DNA of 57,312 bases, counting the filler, from Sphacelaria rigidula (lineage: Eukaryota): the NCBI GenBank assembly GCA_964200075.2. It is 5 parts of 5 records of this genome, joined end to end, with 100 filler letters (N's around TTAATTAATTAA, not from the genome) between each part and the next. Parts side by side here need not be neighbours in the genome. Positions count along the whole stretch, not along the records: positions 45,931 to 57,312 come from CAXNAA020004994.1; 4 more parts are not named here. One strand, given 5' to 3'. The number at the start of each line of letters is the position of its first letter. Within the stretch, counting starts at the first letter, position 1. The position numbers and the translations under genes were made by a program. The notes beneath the pieces were generated by a model, which saw only the letters and a program-made list of their open reading frames with translations, did no database searches and was not told the DNA's origin. Below, in pieces: positions 48,121 through 57,312 of this stretch.

Positions 48121-49961
48121 TAGAAGGTTTCAAGACAAGAAACAAGGGTACAAGAACAAAACACGTGCGCCAAGACAACGAAGAACTGACTGACGGAAGA
48201 GGACAAACAAATCGAAGAGGAATAACAAGCCAAGAACAAAACACTACAGAACAGACAGGACTAGAACAAGACCCAAAACACCACACAACAAATATACACC
48301 GACGACACAACCCCGAAACCGTCATCACCACCACCATCACCGTCACCAACAATAACAAAAGCAACAACCATTGCACAACCAACCAAGAACCTGACGTACA
48401 TGGATCACAAAGTACACAATACTTCATTTTTATTTTGTCGGTACCTAGGACAAGCTACTGGGTCCTTTGCATGCATCGAGTTGTACACATCGAGACACGA
48501 CTACCAGTAAACATAACCCAGTCGCTTCCCTCCATTTCCACCGACCCACGAACGAAGACATGATCCACACACTTGGATCAGGACACAGCAACATCACAAC
48601 ACATGCCGCGACAAAACGTCCGGATGTGAAAATGTGTTCACTACCGATAGAACACGCACTGTAAGAGCTATCAATCCCTGCCGGTATTACACACACAACC
48701 GTAAAACCACTCAGTAACCACCGGGAAACGGTAGCTCAACCCCAAAGATTACTACTGAGTCGACGAAAAAATCCACTCTCCACGTCGAAGTGCGCCTTTA
48801 CTGTTAATGCCACTCACTACTAGTTCGTCGGAACTGTTTTACGCGGCCTGTCTCACTGCAACAATACCACAGGAACAACATTCAACGACAACGTGATGTA
48901 CCGTGTTACTGCGTCCCTACGCCAAGAACGACAAAAAGCAAAAATATCACACGGCAAACAAGAAACAAAAAAAGCAATTTCATTGCTACCGCATGTACCG
49001 CAAAAGTGTACCATGGGTAGCAAAGTACAACCCCGAAAACACCCATGCACTGTTCTTGACCTCTCTTTAGGACGCTGTCATCATTCGTGTCTAACTCGAT
49101 CGCCGCCCGTAAAACATATCGTTTGTATCTGCGGGAAAAGTGGACCATACCGCTCCCACCCCCTGATTATCATCATTTTTGACAGCGGATGACGAGCGAA
49201 AACCCGACAGCACAGCAGACGTCGACGTTGGAACGGGAATTGCTGACTTTGGCAAAGCTCTTACGCACGACGTGCATAACGTTCTAGACCCGGCCGAGGG
49301 GGTCTATTCGGGGGAGGTGATAAGGCTGGGGGATGGAAGACGACCTACGCAATTGGCCCGGAATTACTAGCGCAGAAAGTTACTCGCTTTGGATTGCGCA
49401 TTGACAGAAACAAATGTTTATGAAGAACAAGGAGCTCGATGACGAATTTTAGAGCAATTATATTTGAGTAAAATACAAAAAAACTGCAGTGTGCTCAGGT
49501 AGCCAAAAACTGCTATCTTGCCTGAACAACAGACTAAAATAAATATTTATGGTATACAATTCACCAAACACACGACTGATCAAACTCTGCAACGTCAAGA
49601 TTTCGATGTTGGAACAAACTTATCACAGAGCATGTCAATCTCATCGCTGTCAAGTCCTGCGACGACCAAGTACAGTGTCTTTTTGGAATGACAAAAAAGA
49701 GCGACCAGAAAGCCTCCTTGTGCCGAGTGAATTTACAAAAACAGCGCAGACGGTTCCAAAATGACACACCAGCGCCGTTACATTCGATTATTGTCTGCTG
49801 TCATCGTACGTGTGGGTAATCCGAGGGAAGAGAGCTAGCTCTCAGGACGTTTTCAACGCCTGTGACTGCGTGCTGCAAGCTCCAGCATGTTTCTGATCCT
49901 CCACGTACTGCTTGCCAGTCACGTCGAAGGTATCCCTCATCGCACTGATACAAGACACCAA

Positions 49962-51716
49962 TCACACAAGGTGCTCAGACCTCGGCGCTGGCCGGTCTAT
50001 TCGCGTTCGTTTTTCTTCCCGCCTCCGAGGCCGTTGAGCATTATCCTCGGACAAAACCACGGCTCCGGGGAGTGACTGGGGATTGGACCTCTTGATTTTT
50101 CGCTTGCTACTTGTCCTAGCTCTCGTTGCAGTATCACTGCCTGTTTTGATCCTACCGCTGTTGCTGCGCGTCTTGGTGAGACTAGGAGCAGCAGTGGTGG
50201 GCCGTGAGGTCTTCTCAACGGCCGATGATTCTCGTCTGTCTTCATCCGTAGCTCGTTTTTTTGCGCGGTTTTGTGTGGTGACATCGTCATTGGCCGTTGG
50301 CGGCGACACCTCTCGCTCGCCGTCAATCTTGCTGCGCCGCGTGTTGCCATCGGTAATCTCGTCATCGTAAACAACCAAAACCTCCCCAGACACTAAAGAA
50401 GGATCAAAAGTCTTGATTCTGCGCCCCATTCTGTGCTGTGTTCTGCCGTCCTCATCATCGTGAACAACCGGAACCTCCTCAAATACTGAATCAGGATTTG
50501 AAGTCTTGATTCTGCGCTCCATTCTGTGCTGTGAGTTGTAATCGTCATCACCGTGAACAACCAAAACCTCCCCAGATACTGTATCGGGGTTGAACGTCTT
50601 GATTCTACGCCTCGTTCTGTGCTGTGCGCTGTAATCCTCGTCATCGTAAACAACTAAAACCTCTCCAGATACTGTATCAGGGTTGAAGGTCTTGATTCTA
50701 CGCCTACTGCCGCCGCCGCCCTCCTTGTGCTTGGATCTGAAAAAAGTACCTTTGTTGCTTGAGGTGCTGCTTGTACGCGTAACCGTCGTGCGGGGTGGTC
50801 TATCGTCGGCAGTCGATGATGTTTTCGGTGTACCTGCAGCGGCTGAACGTGTCGGGGCCCCCACTGGCTCTTCGGCCAAACCAACTGTTGCACTGCTAGG
50901 CGTCGTCTCCGTACCGGTGAGGAAATCAGCACTTGGTGTAGTCCTTGTGCTGGCGAACCTATCGCCGCTGCGAGAATCCAAACCCCTTGACGAAGCAGTA
51001 GCCTCCACGGCACCGACAGCCGCGGGAACGAGATCCACGGCTGCACTGCTCGGAGCAGTCGCCGTGCCGGTCAGGAAATCAGTACTCGCTGAAGTTTTCG
51101 TGCTGACAAACCAATCACCGCGGCTAGAATCAACAGCCCTTGACGAAGCAGTAGTGTCCATGGTGCCTACGGTTGCAGAAACGGCAGCACCCTTTGTATT
51201 GCCATCGCCCTCGTCAGCGTGAACACCACCCCTACCCCCTGCACCAGCACACACGTCATCAACACCGCCAGCATCGTCACCGTCACCATGGTCCTCCACT
51301 GCCGCAAACACCAAGTCGTCTCGATTGCGATTTCTCCCCCTCCCGCTGCCATCCTCGCTATCCCCAGCAGCGCTAGCACTACAGCTATCTCTTCTGTGCC
51401 AAGTACCGCTAGTATGGACGACGTGGTCCATATCCTCAGTAGCAAGATTACCCACCAACTCCAGTCCACGATCTTGATTGGAGGAAGTACCGACACTTGC
51501 CCTACTGCCGCTACCGCGTCTGCCACTACCGCGTCTGCCACTACCGCGTCTGCCGCCGCCGCCATCACCACCACTATTCCCAGTTACGAGACTGCCCACT
51601 AACTCCACTTCTCGGCCTTGGTCGTCGTTTGGGGAAGCGTCAATACTCATAGTAGCGCTGCTGTCGTTGTCCTTGCTGCTGCTACTGCCCGCTTTGCCCT
51701 CAAGACCTTCCAATAC
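49962..51716 (-). CDS. TKL-type kinase, large C-terminal exon (disordered tail with internal repeats)
   Basis: CAG acceptor at 51719-51717, in phase 0 with the preceding exon (...PTLQK|VLEGLE...). About 584 stop-free codons to TGA. The 3' end could alternatively splice out. Confidence 0.75.
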   Translation of the reverse strand, partial: VLEGLEGKAGSSSSKDNDSSATMSIDASPNDDQGREVELVGSLVTGNSGGDGGGGRRGSGRRGSGRRGSGSRASVGTSSNQDRGLELVGNLATEDMDHVVHTSGTWHRRDSCSASAAGDSEDGSGRGRNRNRDDLVFAAVEDHGDGDDAGGVDDVCAGAGGRGGVHADEGDGNTKGAAVSATVGTMDTTASSRAVDSSRGDWFVSTKTSASTDFLTGTATAPSSAAVDLVPAAVGAVEATASSRGLDSRSGDRFASTRTTPSADFLTGTETTPSSATVGLAEEPVGAPTRSAAAGTPKTSSTADDRPPRTTVTRTSSTSSNKGTFFRSKHKEGGGGSRRRIKTFNPDTVSGEVLVVYDDEDYSAQHRTRRRIKTFNPDTVSGEVLVVHGDDDYNSQHRMERRIKTSNPDSVFEEVPVVHDDEDGRTQHRMGRRIKTFDPSLVSGEVLVVYDDEITDGNTRRSKIDGEREVSPPTANDDVTTQNRAKKRATDEDRRESSAVEKTSRPTTAAPSLTKTRSNSGRIKTGSDTATRARTSSKRKIKRSNPQSLPGAVVLSEDNAQRPRRREEKRTRIDRPAPRSEHLV

Positions 51717-52167
51717 CTGAGTCGTTGAACGACATGGTAGGGGATGGGGGAAGGTGGCAAGGGGTGTATGGGGAATGCGTTTCGTCCTCAACCTCTGGAC
51801 CAAACTCCTTATCCCTTGGTGTCATGCCCGTCTATTATATTGCTGTCCATGCGCGCCGGGGTGCGTACTTCCCTAGAAAGGCCAACAAAATGCCAAAAAT
51901 CCCAATCTTTCCCTTTGTCGGATGGAACAAGGTCAGCCGACAGCTTTTTTTCTCGGATTACTGGTGATACGGGGCTTAATTTGAAGAGTATTGCGCTGAA
52001 AAATTGACACCGTTTCAACGTCAACACGCGCAACATCTCCGGGGATGGCAAAAAAAAAGAAAAGCTAGAGGCATCTGAAATTTCATCGAAAGCTAGAAAT
52101 TGTCGTCACCACGTGTAAAAACGAATACGATAACATGCTCCTGTCACAAATTTTGCACTTGCACGCA

Positions 52168-52312
52168 GAAGATTCATGTAATTTTTCAGCCAGAAACTCC
52201 GAAATATGGGCCCAGCGTGGAACGTTCTGTGCGACAACGCTGCGCCCCGGCAATCTAAGAGTGATACAGGAGACTCCAGTATGGAGGTCACGAGTTCGAA
52301 TCCCAGCAGATA
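52168..52312 (+). repeat. Intronic B-box-containing dispersed repeat (SINE-like)
   Basis: GAGTTCGAATCCC; homologous to 41143-41285. Confidence 0.5.
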
Positions 52313-52808
52313 TTCTTCTCGTAAAATCTAGTTCCGCCGTCAAGGTCATACATTCAGTACATTTTCCATATATACATATATATATAGAGAGAGAGTCTAT
52401 ATATGTATGCACACATATTCTCGCGGCAGAGTTTACATGACCAGCTTGGTCTGCAGTTCACAGCGACACACTTACATTCGACTGATTCGGGTAACTGAAT
52501 CAGTCAATTATTGTCACGGGATATACACGTTTCACGGCCGGCCCAACTCGTACACAGCGAAGCACTTGCACTCTAGTCTAGTTCAACAGTGCGTGTCGCT
52601 GCCTTCATGTACGAATGTCTAGTCATTTACTGTAAATCCTCGAACTGCTTTGCAATTAAGGGGTTCCACAAAATTGCCGAGTCAAGTGACTCCTCTCAAA
52701 AACACAACCGAATCAACCCTCCTCCCCCCCCGCCCCCGCGCGCGCCCCTTCCACCTTCGCCCGACGCACAAATACACACCCGGCCGCTACCCGTCGAACA
52801 AGACAAAC

Positions 52809-53045
52809 CTTCTGTAACGTTGGTCGATCGGTTGGGTCCTGCGCCCAGCAAGACTCAACCAGAGATCTAAGGTCGCCCGGCGCATCCTCCGGGACTGGAG
52901 GCCGGTCGCCTTGCAGTACGGCCAGCATTAGTACATCCACGCCCGTCGCGTCCCCCCATGGGACTTTTCGGGTTAAGCACTCCCATAACACCATGGCAAA
53001 GCTGTATACGTCTGTCTTGTAGGAAGCTCCCTGCCTGCTCAACAA
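52809..53045 (-). CDS. TKL-type kinase exon (subdomains IX-XI)
   Basis: LLSRQGASYKTDVYSFAMVLWECLTRKVPW...LVESCWAQDPTDRPTLQK. AG/GT bounded, 237 nt. Confidence 0.92.
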
Positions 53046-55205
53046 CTGTGTTTGTTGAAGTAAAGAAAGGGAGCGCGCGCGCGCGGGAGGACGGGATGGC
53101 GGGGGCATACCTGTTCTAAGAAAACACTAATACACGTACGGTGGAGGGCAGGGGGGCGGTGTGCTCATGATCTTCCATGCCGGGGTCATATGGCCATTGA
53201 TCTCGCATCCCTACAGAGCCGGGACGGAGCACGCCGGCTTTTCGCCGGACCACGCTCGCAATCAGTCACCAAGTGCGAAGCGCCGTGGTGTGCTGGGCAA
53301 GTTGCATGAAGGATGAGCTGCATCCTGCTTAGATTGTCCGGCCCGAAGCCTACTGATTATTTTAAAATTGAAGAACAACTTCCGATATGTTTTTTTTTCA
53401 TTTTTTGGTATCGCCACGTTCAGAGACAGTCACGGCCTATACACCGCCACATGGGTGTCTCACCATATTGTACAGTAAACACTACGTAGTACGATCACCT
53501 CTTTTTCGCGGAATTGAGGTTCTCGCATCCCGCACAATATCATGTAGCTCGACCATCATGGTTACCGCACAAAAAACGCAAGCGCGTAAAAAACAAAAAC
53601 GGTAACCTGGTTGGCGAACTTACGCAGTAAGTGGCATGTTTTACAGCGCCATCGTCAACCGACGCCAACCCGGAAAGGAGAGGGGGGGGGCGTACTCATT
53701 TACATTTCCCGGAAAGGAGGGGGAGAGGGTTCCGTGCGATAATTCGTCGAAATGATGAGTGATCGCAAATCATTGCTCCCTATCTGTCGAATATATCCAT
53801 GCTCAGCGCGGTCAGAACAGAGACATCAATTACTTAGCATTCGCTGCACGGTAGCAGCAGCGCCACACTATAGATGTCGCAGTTTACAGAGCATAGGCAG
53901 CGGAGTACCCCCCTCCCCCCCCCTCTTGTTGAGGGTGTGGACGCCGCGATCTCCTGCGAGAGGCGGAAGTACTCGACGCTGACAGAGTGATGAAAGATGT
54001 TAACCAGAAAATAATTATAGGGACCTCTGACGATGACGCAGGAATTTCGGATGTCGATGGCACTGCACCTGTGAATCATCACAGTGGCGAAAGATTCGGC
54101 CCACACATTTCTTTTGCTCTCGATGCTTGTTTCTTTTTTTTTTCACGACGAGGGTCAGGTCGTCGTCCGTTGTTTGCGTAGATTGTTCTTCTCATTTCAA
54201 CATATCCAATGAATCTCGTGTATAATAATGAAACAGGAGGTCAACCCCAAACTCATCTGCATATAAGTGGCTATCCAACCAAGTATTTGCGGAGACAAAT
54301 CGAACTGCTGGTTAAATTGCATTTGATCGCTACTGGAAGGTTACCGGAATATATCTGATGAATTACATTGACGCACGAGTAGAGTAGAGTACAGCACAGC
54401 ACAATAGGGATCCCAGAGCGATGGTCGCCGGACAAAAATAAGGTATCTCATAAACAGGCACGGCAAATTCGGGATACGAAATGACCCCCATACCAACGTT
54501 ACCCATACATGCAGGGGGGTGGTGCCGCTGCAGGACGAGTTCCTACTTAGTGCTGGCTCTTATCCCGGACACATGACGGTCATAACTTCTCAACGGGGAG
54601 CATAGATCATCTGTTGAATCGGCTTCAATTTCACTTGAAAGATTATGCATGATCCAGATGGACCATATACCCTCGCGGCCATAGGGTCAACCCTTTTGGC
54701 GCTGGCGATGGAAAAGTGTGGATTTCGAGGTGCTGTTTTTTTTCTCCTGTTTCTCTTAACGGGATATGGTCAAGTGTTTACAGCTTTCGCGCACAACGAT
54801 CAACGCAACGCGTGTTTTTCAGACCCGCATAACATTGTGCCGAAGTGCAGGACGGGACGTAGTGTATAGGAAATAGACAGGTGGTGTCCATTTTTGCTCG
54901 TGTTTACTTCAGGCATGTATGTGCTAATTAAGGCTGTGGGCACAAACTTGAACAGACTCGACCCGCTGCGTCTCCTAATTGGACAAAAAGAGTCCGACCA
55001 CACCGGGGTGACATTTTTGGCGCGCGCAGGGCGTGTACTGCTGGATTTTCCTGTGGCTTTTCGCCGTACACATGGTTACCATCGGTCATTTCTGTTCTCA
55101 TCTTTTTTTGGTCTTTTTTTTGTCAGGACTCATGAGGCGTCTGGCCCGGGGACGGAACGAGAGGATTACCAAAGGCTCAAGCTCGGACCCTCTGTGCACA
55201 CACCA

Positions 55206-55374
55206 CACCGTGGACAAAATATGGTGAAAAAATGCAGTAGACAATAAATCTACTGGATAAAGTGTAGGCCTATCGCAACTATTGTCGGCGGCCGACCAAA
55301 GATGCAATGGGGCTATTCTTTATCCAGTACATTTTTGATCTATTGCATCTACTGACCATATTCTGTCCACGGTG
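55206..55374. mobile_element. Intronic palindromic MITE
   Basis: CACCGTGGACAAAATATGGT...ACCATATTCTGTCCACGGTG. Confidence 0.65.
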
Positions 55375-55414
55375 CGGGACACACAAACACACACACACAC
55401 ACACACACACAAAC

Positions 55415-55519
55415 CTCGGGAGCGGCCCAGGGAAGACTCGTGCCCACTGCGTCTTGCGGCTTGGTGGCAGCCAGGCGAACGGCGTGCTGCGTCCAAAACG
55501 AGCTTCTGAAGTCCGCAAT
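55415..55519 (-). CDS. TKL-type kinase exon (subdomains VII-VIII)
   Basis: IADFRSSFWTQHAVRLAATKPQDAVGTSLPWAAPE. AG/GT bounded, 105 nt, phase 0. Confidence 0.88.
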
Positions 55520-55845
55520 CTGCCGGGATGGCACCGGCACAAATGCGGCAACAAGCGACGGTTCACCACCACTTCCATCGGGAACATGAGCCTTCATTTA
55601 TTCAGCTCCGATTGATAGGATCGGTGTTCCCTCGCTAACGTGGGGGGGTGGGCGAGATGACCGCGCGGCATGGTCTGAAACTACAAAATCAGAATTGCCA
55701 CGTAACCCGCAAATACTGTCTACAGTATATCCGGTTAATTGTATGTGTGATGCTGGGACGCTCACAAAAACGGACAAGAGTTGAACCGAAAGCTACCGCC
55801 CGCTTCCCCCTTTGTTTGCCCTTCCCGGAGAAGTAGATGAAAACG

Positions 55846-56131
55846 CACAGACACACACATCATGACACCGATCATAACACACGTGATGACATCACACACG
55901 CACACATCATGCCACAAATCATGACACGCGTGATGAATCATTACACACGCACACATCATGACAACAGACCATGCCACACGTGATGACATTACACACGCAC
56001 AGATCATGACACAGATCATGACACACGTGATGACATTACACACGCACAGATCATAACACACGTTGTGACATTACACACGCACATATCATGACACAGATCA
56101 TGACACACGTGTTGACATTACACACGCACAC
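55846..56131. repeat. Intronic minisatellite (~30-45-bp units) starting at the splice donor
   Basis: Repeated CATGACACAGATCATGACACACGTGATGACATTACACACGCAC variants. Confidence 0.85.
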
Positions 56132-56133
56132 AC

Positions 56134-56339
56134 CTTAGCTCGACCACTCCCATCGAACAAAATGTTGGTCGACTTGAGGTTCCCGTGCACCGTTTCCTGC
56201 GCGTGCAAAAACGCCATCCCCGAACAAATATCCCGAACGATACCCCGTAGCACGCCGTCCTTCAAGGGTTTCCTAGCCTTCCGGAGGCGGTGCCTCAGGT
56301 CGCCCCCCGGAAGGAGTTCCGTCACCAGTACTAGCCGAT
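56134..56339 (-). CDS. TKL-type kinase exon (subdomains V-VIb)
   Basis: DRLVLVTELLPGGDLRHRL...IVRDICSGMAFLHAQETVHGNLKSTNILFDGSGRAK. Donor GT at 56133. The 5' boundary is uncertain: an AG lies at 56341-56340, but the frame is open to ~56382. Confidence 0.88.
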
Positions 56340-57312
56340 CTGTGTATAGGGAACAACCACCACGTGACGTCATGGCACCGTGTTATTTCAAAAATGAAAG
56401 AAAAAAAAGAATGACAGCATACTTGTGCAGGTTGGTAAAGAGTGCACATCAACTCATTTTTTTGTTTTGTGGTCTCCGATGGTAATTACAGGAGTGTTGA
56501 TGAGTAAGAGCTCATCCTTTCATGTTATGCATCGAAATATTTCACTTGTGATGGCTTTTTCATCAGGAGAAAAAACAGTCATGGTCGTGTTCGTCATTAA
56601 CGACAAGCTGGCTGATCTCGATGAGGCCTCCCAAGTATTTTGTGGAGAAATGCTTGAAAGGGTGAGCTTCGGGAGTTATATGATACACAAACTTGAACAG
56701 CAGGTATCATTTTTCATGTGAGTAGAGTCAACATACTTTCGTGGGTTTGTTTCCTGACCAACACCGAAACGTTTCACTCCCACCACCCCCCAGTCCCCTC
56801 GCTGGTTCAGTTTGACGGAATTCCGTTTCTTCCAAACGGTGCGAATATGTATACGGAATATCCATTCTTCGGTCTATATTTAGCTCTTTTTATTCATTCA
56901 GTTATGTATCAATTTTTACTGATCCAGTTATTTCCCGTTCCGTCCGTTCCGTACTTTTCCTTTCCTTTTTCCTGTTTCTTCTCTTTTCTTGTTTCGTTTC
57001 GTTTCGTTTCGTTTCGTTTTGTATTGTTTTCATTTTTTTCAGTGTGCTCTGTCCGTTTGTTCTATCGCTTCGGGTTTTTTCGTTCTCGCTTGTTCGTTCA
57101 TTCCCTTTAGCGAGAGTTTCTGTTTTTTCACCTCGGGGCACATCTATACCGTAGATAATGACCACGACCGGGTGAGTTCATCGGGGAATCACTGGATCAT
57201 AACCACGACTGGGCGCGTCCCCGAGGGGGCGTACTCATTTGTTGCTTGCCTTAGTCGTTTGACCATTGACCACGCATCCCTTTCGAGACGGAGCAGCGCG
57301 TCCCCGAGGGGG

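Noticed and set aside
50683-51720. Plus-strand ORFs overlapping the large kinase exon
   Set aside because: These are antisense shadows of a GC-rich coding exon.

Overview
Eukaryotic, intron-rich, repeat-rich genomic DNA. It is probably from a stramenopile such as a brown alga; this is an inference from gene and intron style only. The window is not one locus. It is five contigs of almost identical length (1-11383, 11484-22866, 22967-34348, 34449-45830, 45931-57312; 11383, 11383, 11382, 11382 and 11382 bp) joined by artificial 100-bp N44-TTAATTAATTAA-N44 linkers, so adjacency across linkers means nothing. Supported genes are three partial ones: exons of a Ser/Thr kinase (contig 1), the first three coding exons of ARP3 (contig 4), and a TKL-type kinase with HGN/DFR substitutions and a long repeat-bearing tail (contig 5). 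Contig 2 also has two weak, divergently oriented gene candidates. Non-coding highlights: (1) a 7.5-kb satellite of ~302-bp units built from alternately inverted halves, in which individual loops have flipped; (2) a 6.8-kb ~160-bp satellite with an internal inverted repeat; (3) two sequence-distinct non-autonomous elements with TGT...ACA-type ends and TSDs, whose termini are hairpins of tRNA-like (Pol III A/B-box) sequence joined at a shared GTCAGCGCTGAC core; (4) a 2.45-kb composite hAT-like element bounded by two MITEs and one 8-bp TSD. All alignments were done by eye and no databases were searched.
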